From sequence record NC_071015.1: a stretch of DNA of 64,000 nt; one strand, written 5' to 3'. The notes under the pieces are model-generated. The model saw only the letters and a program-made list of their open reading frames with translations, had not been told where the DNA came from and did not search any database. Of this stretch, positions 26,801 through 36,330 are shown piece by piece. A program made the position numbers and the translations under genes. Position 1 is the stretch's first letter. Each line of letters begins with the position of its first letter.

Positions 26801-29800
26801 TAGCAGGCAAGATCTTTGGAGCCGACGGTCGCGCTGTGGTGCTCCGTGGTCTTCGTCATGTTCGTGATGCAGCTGTAGGGGCATACAACTTGCTGGATCC
26901 CGTTAACCGCATTAAGTCGGTTATCAACTCAGGGCGTGAAATGGTTTACCAGCAGGACGTCTATGTCAAATCTGACATGAAGAACCCTGTGCTTCGTGCC
27001 GGTAAATTCAAAGCGAGTGAATACTTCGTTCGTGATGAATCTGGCAATTTCAAACCGATCTCTGGATGGAATGAAATCAATGGTCCAGTCTTTGATAATG
27101 AAGGCAACCAGCTGGTTAGTGAAGAAGAATACCAGGAAGGACTGGTCACTTCTTCAGGTGTGGTTGTACGTAACCTGGGCAACGGTATTAGTAATGTGGT
27201 TGGCGGAGCAGCGGGGATGGCTCGAGCCGGATTGGATAAGCTCCTGGGACGCTTTGGGTACAATTCTGCCGGAAATAAAGCGGGCGCTGACACTACTACT
27301 TCAACGGTAACCGGTTCCAGTAACACTGGGGTTGAACGCCGTCTGGATAAAATCTATCGCTTGTTGGCGCAGCACTTTGACCTTCCTATGGAGAACGATC
27401 CTGAAACCGGTGAACTCAACGGTAAGTCGGGTGGTGGCAGTACTGGTGGTGCGAGCTCAGGTGGATTCCGTCTTAACTCTTTGGCTTGGAAGAAACGCAA
27501 GACTGAAGAAGAAGAGAAGCACAAAGTAAATGAAGCGATCATCAAGATTGCCAAAAATACGGAAGGCTTAGGGGAAGAGGGTGAGGGAGAAGAGAAGCAA
27601 GGGATCTTCGCTAAACTCAAAGGCTTCCTCGGTGGCATTGCTACCTTCGGGATGAACCTGATTAAAAACCCAATCGGAACCATCGGTAACCTGATCTTCG
27701 GTAGCCTGGTGAATTCTGCAGGGCGTCTGGCCAAGATCGGTGAGTTCTTGTTCTCTGGTGTCATGGGTGCGGCTTCGCCTATCTATAAACTGATGAAGTG
27801 GGGCTTTACCAAATTGGCCATGGCCTTTGCCGGTAAGAAAGCAATTGGTAGCCTGACGGAAGATGCCGACCTGGATGTTGAGCAGCACGGTCAGTCCGGT
27901 AAAAAGAACAAGAAGAAAAAAGGGAAGAAAGGTAATAAAGGAAACAGACCACCACGTCGTCCTAAGGGACCAAAAGGTGGCCGCGGTCTGTGGGGGACGG
28001 TGATGGCGACAGGCATGGCATACGCCGGCTCTGAAGCGTTAAACGCCCTTGATGACGATCCTGATGCGTACACGAACGGAACTGAGGATTTATCCGCAGG
28101 AGAACGTGATCCTGCCACAGGACGTTATAAGACCTGGACGGACAGTGCAGTTGAAGCTGCGACCAGTTGGCTTCCGCAAGGGATGTTGGCTGACAGTCTG
28201 GTGAAAGGCGCGTTGGGGGAAGACACGTATCAGAAGCTTGATAACTACGGGTTGTTCTGGTCGTCTGACGGCAAGTTCTTTATTAGCCGTGGTGAGCGTG
28301 ACGGTCATGAAGACAAGTTGAACGGTATTGTCAGTGCGGATGGGGGATACGGTACGGTTAAATCTAATACCAAGATCACCCAACAAAAACGTATTCGCTT
28401 TGCGATGTACGGCATTAAAGATATCGAAACCAACTTGGGTCGTCGGGTCATGGCACTGGAAAATGCCCTTTATCCGTATGTGGTCATCCGTAACAATCGC
28501 GCTTCCTTGAAACCTGACGCGCCGATCGATTCCATCATCGACACCTTTGCGAACAGTGGGGTGAGTAAGTGGAACGATAAGAGTGCAATTGCCACTTGGT
28601 TCTTGGCGCGTTTCAAACCGGTCTTCATGGTTTATAATGCTGCTGTCTCAGTAGCACGTATGGGGGACATTGTTGAGTTTGATAATGCCAAGTCATATGA
28701 CGTGGTCCAGATTGTTGAACGTGTTCAGCAAACCCTGGCTAACTTGAACCCGTATCCTTTCACCATCGATACCCGTATTGATGATAAAGAAGGGACCATG
28801 AGTGCTGAGCAAACACGCGATGTGGTCAGCAAGATGTTGGAAGAGTTACGAAAAGAACTTCCAGCTCCGCCAGCAGTGAACGAGAAGATCGCTACTACTG
28901 CTGAAAACCTGGCTAACACCAAAGCAGGATTACCGGGGCAGTCTACTACCACACCAACCGCAGAAATGACAGCACAGGACAAGTTGGGTGCCGCAGCGGC
29001 ACGTGCGTCCTCTGAAGCAGCAGAACGGGCCTTTACTCAGCCTGCTGATGTACAGTCTATTGACATCAGTGACATGATGCCAGGTGCCAACAAAGAGATG
29101 GATGCCTTTACTATGGTCCGTCTGGCAGTCTATGGTAACATCGATAACATGCCATGGCGTGTTGAAGCGGTTCTCCGTTTAGAACGTTACCTGGAAAACT
29201 TCATTATGGTAGTGGGTGACGATGCTCGCTTTACCGGTAAATCCAACCAGGTCTTGGAACTCTTCAAGGCTAGCTTCCGTATCAACAGCGATATTGCAGC
29301 GAACAACTGGATGATCTGGTTCCGGGACCGTTTCTTACCGACCATGATGACCTATGTTAAAGAAGTCTATAAACTGCGTGGGATGAACCCGTCACGGGGA
29401 TGGAAACAACTGACTGCAACTAACCGTGCAGTGATTGCCCGTGCACTGACCGCTCAGATTGTTTCAACTGCCGATGAACAAAAACCGGTATGGGAAATTG
29501 AAGCGTCTCCGTTCCCGGGATCCAAATCCGGTGTGTGGCCTGATCGTGCGAACAAGTACCTTCAGATCTTGGATGCGAAAGCCCAAGAAGCACGCTTGAA
29601 AGATCCAGAGATGGAAGACGAGAAAAGTAAAGCGACCACCAAAGAACCTCTGCAGCGCGCCCAGTCCAGTGACATGCAACAGCGTACACAGGACATCATG
29701 AACTCTGTATTCAAAACAGGGGCAACCGGCAGCAGCGGGCAACCTGGGTTCAACCCAGGCTCATCTGGAGCAGGCGGATACTATCCAAACGCTACCATGA

Positions 29801-31104
29801 GCGCACCAGGCGGTGGGGCAGGTTCAGCAGGTGCCTTTATGGGCAAAGCTGACGCTAACTTTAACCCTGAATTCATCAAGCAAGCCGGTGAAGATAAGGG
29901 CATCAAGATGTCGCTGGAACAAGGTGAGAAGCTCATGCTCAACCATCTTGTTAAAGCAGGTTTCCGTGACAACAAAACCTTGGCACTTGCCTTGGCGATG
30001 GCACGTAAGGAAACCGGGGATTATCGGAACACGGTGGAGAATACCAACTGGTCCGCCCCGACCTTGATGAAATACTTCAAAAACATCCCTGATGCCGCTA
30101 CAGCACAGAAAGTCGCTGCCATGTCGCCGGCTGAACGTGCGATGTGGGTTTACGGTCGTCAACCAAAAGCCAAAGATCTGGGTAACCAGAAACCGGAAGA
30201 CGGTTGGTTGTATCGTGGACGTGGACTGTTCCAATTAACGGGTCGGTCTAACTACGAGGCATTTAAGAAAGCCACAGGTATTGATGTAGTAGCAAATCCT
30301 CGGCTGGTGTCTGAAGATCCTAACGTCATGGCTGAATCTGCCGTGTGGTATCTGAAGAACAACAAAGCGATGCAGTCGATTGCTCAGACCGGGGACTTTG
30401 ACACAGCTGTGCGCGGGATCAACGGCGGTAATGCGGTTCCTGCAACGGATGAACGTCGTTCGTTCTACAACGACTACCTCAACCGTCTGCGCAGTGGCGA
30501 TCTGAACTTGCCAGGTACAGGCGATGATGCCAGCACCGAAAGCAATGACGCAGCGACAATGCAAGCCCCGACGCAAGCCCAGGTTCCTGAAGCAGCGGAT
30601 AAAAACGTTCCTCAGGACAAAGTGGTCAAACCGGAAGATGCACCTGTCAGCGCTAAACCGACTACCGCAACCAGTGCTCAAGAGCTTATCCGTCAAGCCA
30701 ACGCTAGCAGTCAGCCATCTAATGTAGGAACTACAAATACATCAGCGGCCACGAATGCTTCTCCGTTGTCCTCACCGGTGGCACCTGAGTCAAGTGCAGC
30801 GACTAGTGCAGGGCCAGCAAATGCGTCTGCTCCAAGTTCGACGATCACCAATACCCCAACCGTGGCAAGTTCTGCACCTGTTGCTCAAGAGCCTGTCTCT
30901 CCACCGCCTCCTAAACAGAGTAATAAGAGAGAAGCTCCGCCAGCACCACTGCCTTCACCGACAGTGAATCTCCCAGATCAATTGAGTGTTCAAGACCAGG
31001 TCATTGCCGAACTGATGAAGTCCAGCAACAGCACCTTGTTAGAGATCCTCAAGACACTGAAGAACGGGCAGAAGAAAACCGGCGCAGGGATTGTGGATTT
31101 GTAG
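23836..31104 (+). CDS. tail tape measure / lytic tail protein with C-terminal GH19 lysozyme domain (phiKZ gp181-like)
   Basis: 2422 aa; divergent from beta'; RKETG...E...YRGRGLFQLTGRSNY...INGG GH19 signature near the C-terminus. Confidence 0.9.
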   Translation: MASDDYEINWDDDPFGGDIDFDMDFNMDPFAGKGFFRSVATGFLSGLVDESVGTNEARFRTLRTVLPDSFSNALDRVSFVKDRIDELAQEFKEENAQSAKSLQNIASHLNQRMAGKLPGFVQNGLNNFSEKDFSSWERLDPQNPNFNNRMESTSEGDVDQAIDLASNTQAGMFNSLGESLNNMTVAATSAIQSAIGSGNRQLVNIEGTMRDMLDYHRNFEARIHTAQLSLAARSYVQDAKFYKFMEAGVHAEVTELKKIAKFASQSDYEKTSTYTASKAYVRNKLFSTVGKRLGGLTGLLKDRFGKDSRSEAYSVFGSLINNVSDGIDMAGDTGMSRGMLGDILGKMVAGVAIEQLPVFFTRGPGKRAIDKMTKLYPEQAAYIKGQVEKLTEMGHVASYVSTSGVGLLNHAAENYQAMDEMKFVDYEDYVDSLEPGEKPLPKAMWSLLNTGSNKMKESINKLMSDATKARGTQYVLQRRNVKDLNQPGIWKEMNNITLNEVLPGLISKTNQILEQFRTGRDDVEAVSYNYMRGQFQTDTQKRISVQADLMPHGEFQRYAQASLNLVDGLDPDKLLSPAARKAFAQIIAKDIDAEMGFNPYFYLGEIKGVSPEQQKEIHAVLMRHFGITTEDVQTYNQSDSFQRLKQMSNMPTSEGRERLNATSASAANIKQNFPNVAERIDLLRSTGNEQLLRDLGVIYTENGIDKINMQAFHDRIGMYMDDPNNPLLRGVAPGTDTKIPTVANPFNPVGSAGPTANPYEGLTSVLGKLNDQLSNLKLPEPVKADSASPLVNFDAATGELTDIKESNRGILDKITNLDSLMKSMVDLANSGKLITGKADTTSDEKAEERTKKSLLQRFRGILPTNMMDRGMKFILSRNPMVLGGMLGMVGSQFFQNPLASVAVAGGGLLLGAAISHYKSRNGGTASEGAEPSDDEDILDETGEPILKAAKLKAGEYFDAATKQVIKTWNDIRGPIWDAVSKTVIGARDLAGKIFGADGRAVVLRGLRHVRDAAVGAYNLLDPVNRIKSVINSGREMVYQQDVYVKSDMKNPVLRAGKFKASEYFVRDESGNFKPISGWNEINGPVFDNEGNQLVSEEEYQEGLVTSSGVVVRNLGNGISNVVGGAAGMARAGLDKLLGRFGYNSAGNKAGADTTTSTVTGSSNTGVERRLDKIYRLLAQHFDLPMENDPETGELNGKSGGGSTGGASSGGFRLNSLAWKKRKTEEEEKHKVNEAIIKIAKNTEGLGEEGEGEEKQGIFAKLKGFLGGIATFGMNLIKNPIGTIGNLIFGSLVNSAGRLAKIGEFLFSGVMGAASPIYKLMKWGFTKLAMAFAGKKAIGSLTEDADLDVEQHGQSGKKNKKKKGKKGNKGNRPPRRPKGPKGGRGLWGTVMATGMAYAGSEALNALDDDPDAYTNGTEDLSAGERDPATGRYKTWTDSAVEAATSWLPQGMLADSLVKGALGEDTYQKLDNYGLFWSSDGKFFISRGERDGHEDKLNGIVSADGGYGTVKSNTKITQQKRIRFAMYGIKDIETNLGRRVMALENALYPYVVIRNNRASLKPDAPIDSIIDTFANSGVSKWNDKSAIATWFLARFKPVFMVYNAAVSVARMGDIVEFDNAKSYDVVQIVERVQQTLANLNPYPFTIDTRIDDKEGTMSAEQTRDVVSKMLEELRKELPAPPAVNEKIATTAENLANTKAGLPGQSTTTPTAEMTAQDKLGAAAARASSEAAERAFTQPADVQSIDISDMMPGANKEMDAFTMVRLAVYGNIDNMPWRVEAVLRLERYLENFIMVVGDDARFTGKSNQVLELFKASFRINSDIAANNWMIWFRDRFLPTMMTYVKEVYKLRGMNPSRGWKQLTATNRAVIARALTAQIVSTADEQKPVWEIEASPFPGSKSGVWPDRANKYLQILDAKAQEARLKDPEMEDEKSKATTKEPLQRAQSSDMQQRTQDIMNSVFKTGATGSSGQPGFNPGSSGAGGYYPNATMSAPGGGAGSAGAFMGKADANFNPEFIKQAGEDKGIKMSLEQGEKLMLNHLVKAGFRDNKTLALALAMARKETGDYRNTVENTNWSAPTLMKYFKNIPDAATAQKVAAMSPAERAMWVYGRQPKAKDLGNQKPEDGWLYRGRGLFQLTGRSNYEAFKKATGIDVVANPRLVSEDPNVMAESAVWYLKNNKAMQSIAQTGDFDTAVRGINGGNAVPATDERRSFYNDYLNRLRSGDLNLPGTGDDASTESNDAATMQAPTQAQVPEAADKNVPQDKVVKPEDAPVSAKPTTATSAQELIRQANASSQPSNVGTTNTSAATNASPLSSPVAPESSAATSAGPANASAPSSTITNTPTVASSAPVAQEPVSPPPPKQSNKREAPPAPLPSPTVNLPDQLSVQDQVIAELMKSSNSTLLEILKTLKNGQKKTGAGIVDL

Positions 31105-31120
31105 TTCGAATGAATTAATG

Positions 31121-31138
31121 GGTGGGCTTCGGCCCACC
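31121..31138 (+). terminator. intrinsic terminator
   Basis: GGTGGGC-TTCG-GCCCACC followed by TTCTTTT. Confidence 0.85.
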
Positions 31139-31156
31139 TTCTTTTAGAGGTCCTTT

Positions 31157-33358
31157 ATGAGTGTTAGCATTAACTATAAGGATAAGAATATTGTCTCTCG
31201 TTCATTTCGATTAATGAGTGACGGTATTAAAGATCCCGAAAAAGTATTGATTCGTTCCGACTACGACCTGTACACCAGTTTCTTCTCTACCGCAATGGGT
31301 GATAACAGGTTTGTGAATCCACTTCCAGGGTTCAGTCGGAATACGGATCCTTACCCTAAACCCATCATGGAAAACAACCTGGGTAATCAGGGGCGCTATT
31401 ATAAACGTATTCACAATGATAATGCCTTGTCGGTCACATTGACTGCTGGCGTTCCCGAGTTTACCGGGATGATCACCTTCATTCTGAATATGTTCGATTA
31501 CTCGGCATCGGTAATGGCCAACAAAGGTCGTGCGCCATCATGGGCATACTACATTGGTCAGGCCGCGGGTGCGATTGCATTCTGGCCCGCCCAGATCATC
31601 GCCACATCGTTTAACTTCTTTGAGTTCTTAACGAACACACCGAAGAACAAATGGTATTATGCTAAACCTACCATGGGTCAGTATTTCACTGCAGCTCAAG
31701 GTATCTTTAACGACTTGATGGTATCAGCCGGTTATGCATTAACGGTATTGCCGAATGACCGTCAAGAGCAAGGTAACAGCAAAGCCGGTGATCGTGACTT
31801 TGCCGCCGGTGGACAGAAAGGGTATTTGAAAGACAGTACAATTGCAAAGAACAACGCCTCGTATTTGCACAGTCTGTTCCCGGATGCCATTAATAAAGAT
31901 GGTACGATTGACATCTTAAAAATCTCGACCCGTGGGGTTCGTAAATTCCGTTACTTCATGAAGAAGGTTAAAGATCTTGATGACACGTTCGGAATCAATA
32001 CGGTCGCCCAAAAAGATAAAGCCATTGAGGGTATCCTTGATAGCTTAATTAAAGACAGCGGTTTCGTGAATGCGAACAGTGGGTATACAGAAGGTATCTC
32101 AACGCAAGACTACCTGATGGAAGAGCTGAAAACTGTTGGTGCGTCCCGTGGACTGGATGAGATCTCCTATCCTGAAATCTCGTCAGCTTACACCAGCAAA
32201 GATGCTGGGGTTAACATCAAGCCTGAATCGGAAGCGATGGCGGCATCGGGTGGCAGCTCCATTGCTGATTTGCAAGGTAAGCTCTCCCAATATAACACCG
32301 AAAGTTTTGGTGTGAATAACGGAGCCTCGGGCGGTCCCGCAGCACAGACCCCTCCTGATCTTAACGGAACCGTCCCTAACAGCATGGGTAGTCCCAACGA
32401 CGTCTCTGAGAGTTCGTGGTTTGGACAAATCGGACAACTTCTGATGGACGGCTTTTACGGCGGTCTCGATGGAGTGACATTCCGTACAGAAGGTTCAGGC
32501 TCGGTCTCAGACTCCTTCGGTAACTCGACTACCCAGTCAGCGATTGCTTCTACGTTCAACAGTACCGTACAAGCTGTGCAAGACTTCAAGTTTAACTTGT
32601 CAGGGGGTCAAACCGGGATTGGGATTGTCGATGAGTTTGTTAACACCATTAAGGACTCGGTAGCGGGGTTAGCCGCAGGGTCGGTAATTGGTAACGTTCC
32701 GTTGGCATTGCTGGGGAACTCCAAAGTGGATATCCCGGAACACTGGGAAGATTCCAGTACCAACTTGCACAGTGAAAGCTTTAGCTTCTACTTTGCCGCC
32801 CCGTATGCTCATCCGTATTCCATTGCGACAAATATCTTTTTACCGTTAGCACTACTGATGCCATTTGTGGTACCGTTCTCCACAGGTGGTTCAACGTACA
32901 CCGCTCCGTTCTTGGTGAAGTGTTTCAGTCGCGGTAAATCGATCATCCGTACCGGTATTGTGCAAAACGCTTCCTTTGAATTTGGGTCTGGACCATTAGG
33001 CTGGACAACAGACATGAAACCACTGAACCTGCGCGTGAACTTAACCATCGCAGATTTGGATAAAGTTATGTCAGTTCCTATCAGCCGTGTGACCAACCCA
33101 CTGGATCTGTTAAACATTGCCAAACAGTCCTCGCGTTATTTAGGGGACATCGGGAAATATAACGACTGGGTAAACCGTGTAACAGGTACGGACTATCTGG
33201 ACACTGTGTTGCGCTATAACGACTTAAACCGTCGTATGACGCGCTTTACTACGGATGTTGAGAACATGTTCAAACCGGCCACTATCGCAGGCGTAGTTAA
33301 CGACTCCATCGTCGGTGACGTTGCACGTATCTTTACTGGTCGCCCATTGAACCGATAA
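31157..33358 (+). CDS. tail tip / baseplate hub protein (phiKZ gp182 / SPN3US gp238-like)
   Basis: 733 aa directly after the tape measure; NPLPGFSRNTDP, GVPEF, YTAPFLVKCFSRG. Confidence 0.75.
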   Translation: MSVSINYKDKNIVSRSFRLMSDGIKDPEKVLIRSDYDLYTSFFSTAMGDNRFVNPLPGFSRNTDPYPKPIMENNLGNQGRYYKRIHNDNALSVTLTAGVPEFTGMITFILNMFDYSASVMANKGRAPSWAYYIGQAAGAIAFWPAQIIATSFNFFEFLTNTPKNKWYYAKPTMGQYFTAAQGIFNDLMVSAGYALTVLPNDRQEQGNSKAGDRDFAAGGQKGYLKDSTIAKNNASYLHSLFPDAINKDGTIDILKISTRGVRKFRYFMKKVKDLDDTFGINTVAQKDKAIEGILDSLIKDSGFVNANSGYTEGISTQDYLMEELKTVGASRGLDEISYPEISSAYTSKDAGVNIKPESEAMAASGGSSIADLQGKLSQYNTESFGVNNGASGGPAAQTPPDLNGTVPNSMGSPNDVSESSWFGQIGQLLMDGFYGGLDGVTFRTEGSGSVSDSFGNSTTQSAIASTFNSTVQAVQDFKFNLSGGQTGIGIVDEFVNTIKDSVAGLAAGSVIGNVPLALLGNSKVDIPEHWEDSSTNLHSESFSFYFAAPYAHPYSIATNIFLPLALLMPFVVPFSTGGSTYTAPFLVKCFSRGKSIIRTGIVQNASFEFGSGPLGWTTDMKPLNLRVNLTIADLDKVMSVPISRVTNPLDLLNIAKQSSRYLGDIGKYNDWVNRVTGTDYLDTVLRYNDLNRRMTRFTTDVENMFKPATIAGVVNDSIVGDVARIFTGRPLNR

Positions 33359-33376
33359 AAAAAAAGAAAGCATAGT

Positions 33377-33404
33377 CCTCTACTCCCCAATCGGGGAGTA
33401 GAGG
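33377..33404. terminator. bidirectional terminator
   Basis: CCTCTACTCCCC-AATC-GGGGAGTAGAGG between convergent genes. Confidence 0.9.
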
Positions 33405-33410
33405 TTATGT

Positions 33411-34541
33411 TTATGTATCGAGGGTCACTGCACTTGGGAAATCTTGTTTGAACACTTCCAACGCAGATTGTTCTGCCAGCATTCCAGAACCACAAATCAA
33501 CGGACCCAGCTCATCCACATCCACCAATAAGATCTTGGCACTTTCAGAGATGTTGCTCACCAGTCCCAGGTTAGTGGCCAGACCGAATTGCGTCGGGTAT
33601 GTGTACCACCTGCTTCCACCAACTGCTGAAAAGACATTCAGCATCTTGGTGGTCAACTCAGGGTACTGACTTGGATCTACATCCCGGTTGAAGGTAAAGT
33701 TGGACAGCATGGATTCGATCAGTTTCGGGTATTTGGCAGCAACTTTGTTTGCCCCTTCTTTCTGAATGATTCCCATGATGGTGTTCATGGATTCCAGATC
33801 GCCCCGTGCAATGGCCAGATCAATTCCGTTAATTAATGCATCGTGGTAATCGGATTGGAAGACGTACATATCCCCGAAGCGATCATACCCTTGCCACAAT
33901 CCAGTTTTGATAGACTGGTTCAGCATCTCATTCAGAATGGCATTCATGCCCGCCACGTTGACAATGGAACCAAACCCATCCGGATCATCTTTACCGATGA
34001 AGTTAATCAGCTCGTTACCTAACTGAAACTTCCAGTCATCGGCAGTATGGATTTTAATGCCCTTACCTGACGTGTCCACCATGAACAATCCATCAGCCAA
34101 CCCAAAGGTCATGTTGTTCAGTTCTTTAATGAACCCATCACCGATCTGTTGTTTCAGGTCGTTCATCGAGTTAATGTTAAAGCCTAACCCTTTGCTTCCC
34201 AAACGCAGTAGCTGATCGGTATCCACTTTGAACCCGTCTTCGTACTTAATCAGACTCCCAATGTCAGCTATGTTAAACATCCCGCCAGTTAAGTTCTTTA
34301 ACGTGTTGTTGATTCCGTCAATCGCTTCTGACTTCCAGGCACTTAAGTTTTGCGTTAGAACGGTTTGGGCTTCCCCAATCGTCGCAATCCCCGCTTGCAC
34401 TGACGAGGTAACCGATTTTAACGGATTGACCAACTGCTTGGTTAAACCGGAAACCGTGCTTCCCATGTTCTGGCTAGCTTTCTGCAAGGTGTTGTTTAAA
34501 TTCACCCCGTCAAAGATGCTAGTATTTTGAAGTAGTGTCAT
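33411..34541 (-). CDS. putative virion structural (baseplate-region) protein
   Basis: 376 aa; location and composition only. Confidence 0.5.
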   Translation of the reverse strand: MTLLQNTSIFDGVNLNNTLQKASQNMGSTVSGLTKQLVNPLKSVTSSVQAGIATIGEAQTVLTQNLSAWKSEAIDGINNTLKNLTGGMFNIADIGSLIKYEDGFKVDTDQLLRLGSKGLGFNINSMNDLKQQIGDGFIKELNNMTFGLADGLFMVDTSGKGIKIHTADDWKFQLGNELINFIGKDDPDGFGSIVNVAGMNAILNEMLNQSIKTGLWQGYDRFGDMYVFQSDYHDALINGIDLAIARGDLESMNTIMGIIQKEGANKVAAKYPKLIESMLSNFTFNRDVDPSQYPELTTKMLNVFSAVGGSRWYTYPTQFGLATNLGLVSNISESAKILLVDVDELGPLICGSGMLAEQSALEVFKQDFPSAVTLDT

Positions 34542-34573
34542 AAAAAGATCCCAAAAAAAAATAAACGTAGGAG

Positions 34574-34599
34574 GTTACTCTACCCGAAGGTAGAGTAAC
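34574..34599 (-). terminator. intrinsic terminator
   Basis: GTTACTCTACC-TTCG-GGTAGAGTAAC, T tract downstream. Confidence 0.85.
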
Positions 34600-34608
34600 A
34601 CGTCCGTT

Positions 34609-35019
34609 TTAATCCTCTTCAGTCTTACGAGAGGGTTTGCGTAAGATAGTTTTCTCAAAGACGGTGTGTGTAACACCAGATTCTGTTTTGACCGCGATGG
34701 TTAAATCGGTCTCACTGATCTTCAGTATCTTTAACCCCATGAGAAACTTGTTGTAACTTAAGGTTCGTGAACAAAATAACGTATTTTGGATATTACCCAG
34801 ATCAGTAGAACGGGCACGCTTAACTTCGGCGGCCGGAGCAGAGTCATCGGGGTGTATCCAACGCAGGTAATCATCAAGATAAGTTTTCCACGTCGCTTGA
34901 TTGATGCCAAGCTCCTCAATTATCTTTCTGAATAGTCGACTGGTTGTGTCAGTCAACTGTTCATAAGGAACAAAGTTCTTGTTCTTTATGACCGGTCGGG
35001 CCTTTTTGTTCTCATTCAT
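34609..35019 (-). CDS. conserved phiKZ-like hypothetical protein
   Basis: 136 aa; GN-x-x-x-x-L...LSYNKFLMGLKIL pattern. Confidence 0.7.
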   Translation of the reverse strand: MNENKKARPVIKNKNFVPYEQLTDTTSRLFRKIIEELGINQATWKTYLDDYLRWIHPDDSAPAAEVKRARSTDLGNIQNTLFCSRTLSYNKFLMGLKILKISETDLTIAVKTESGVTHTVFEKTILRKPSRKTEED

Positions 35020-35566
35020 ATTGCGTCTCTATGTAGAATGAAATTATACTAACCAAATCTTCCAAGAGATATCTATATAATAGAGAATCATAAATCTCCA
35101 AATTGATGAGTCCAGTAATTGCATCATCAATCATCTCCTGTTGCCTAAAGTCGGGCTCTTGAATCAACCAGACTTGCAGCTGAAGATACGGCTTCAGTAT
35201 TGAAATGAGCTCAAGCACGGACTGCTCATTAGAATACCAATCAGAAAAGTAACCCGTTTGTCTCGCAGTAGACAGTAGCGGACTACGTTCCAGTTCTGAC
35301 TTCTTTAGTAACCCCTTTTCTAACAGCTTCACAGCACTCATAGACGACTTTGTATAAGTGGTGATCTCATTTATCGTCCCTTTGACGATATCGTCTGAGA
35401 ACGCGATTAGGGAGCTATTTACGATATTGTGGAGGCTGGTGATGTATTTGTCATTAAAAAATCCGCCAGCAAAATCATTTCTGATCTCAACAAGTTCCTT
35501 TTTAATTTTTGCAACTCGACGTTTGCGAAAGAATGGAATCTTGTTTAATAATTTTTCTAAGAACAT
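35012..35566 (-). CDS. hypothetical (possible virion) protein
   Basis: Start reassigned to ATG 35566 (MFLEKLL); 184 aa. Confidence 0.7.
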   Translation of the reverse strand: MFLEKLLNKIPFFRKRRVAKIKKELVEIRNDFAGGFFNDKYITSLHNIVNSSLIAFSDDIVKGTINEITTYTKSSMSAVKLLEKGLLKKSELERSPLLSTARQTGYFSDWYSNEQSVLELISILKPYLQLQVWLIQEPDFRQQEMIDDAITGLINLEIYDSLLYRYLLEDLVSIISFYIETQYE

Positions 35567-35677
35567 GACAACCCCGAGTTTAGTAACGAATATTATTAAA
35601 ATAGATTTCCACGGTATCTGCTTTGATAATATTTGTCTAAAATATAATGGTTGGTTTAAAAATAATTGGAGCAAGCC

Positions 35678-36277
35678 ATGTACGATGATGACAATATGGA
35701 CGGTCAGGCTCCGGGCCCAATCGACGACCGTCTGCAGAAAGAAAAAGATAAAGATGCCCTGATCGCTCAAATCCAGGCCGTGTTAGACGGCGGTCATTCC
35801 GTAGAGAATGAGAACAGCTTGATTGGCTTGATGCAATCGCAACGTCGTCTGCTGTTGGACATTGCCACGCAAACCTTTATCAACAAACCCAACAACCCTA
35901 AGCTGCTGGATTCCATCAATACGATTCTGGCACAGATGGAAAAGACGGTACGCGATAACCGTAAAGAGCGCTTGAAAGACAGAGAATTGGAAGACAACAA
36001 AGCGAACTTCTCTACCTTTGTTAACGCCTTAAATGAGATCTCTGCTGGTCGCATTAAAATGCCTGACTACGGTGACATGGCGATCATTCTTGATCCCCTG
36101 GCTCCAGTGGTTGACCTCTCTGACGATCCCGATAGCGAGATCCGAGAAGAAGAGTATGTGCAGGGTCGACAGATTCTGGACAGCAATCAAATCAAAGAGT
36201 CTTTTGAGATTGATGAAGAAACGCCAGTCAAATTGGCTGATGAAGATTCGGAAGACGAGTTCGATCCTGACATGTAA
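35678..36277 (+). CDS. hypothetical protein (acidic, coiled-coil)
   Basis: ATG 35678 after GGAG; 199 aa. Confidence 0.8.
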   Translation: MYDDDNMDGQAPGPIDDRLQKEKDKDALIAQIQAVLDGGHSVENENSLIGLMQSQRRLLLDIATQTFINKPNNPKLLDSINTILAQMEKTVRDNRKERLKDRELEDNKANFSTFVNALNEISAGRIKMPDYGDMAIILDPLAPVVDLSDDPDSEIREEEYVQGRQILDSNQIKESFEIDEETPVKLADEDSEDEFDPDM

Positions 36278-36295
36278 AGCAAAACGGTTAAACAT

Positions 36296-36322
36296 CTCCA
36301 GAGAGCCATTGGCTCTCTGGAG
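36296..36322. terminator. bidirectional hairpin terminator
   Basis: CTCCAGAGAGCC-ATT-GGCTCTCTGGAG between convergent genes. Confidence 0.75.
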
Positions 36323-36330
36323 GATGACCC

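Noticed and set aside
30500-31104. Pro/Ser/Thr/Ala-rich tail as a tandem DNA repeat
   Set aside because: Low-complexity protein linker with no discrete repeat unit at the nucleotide level
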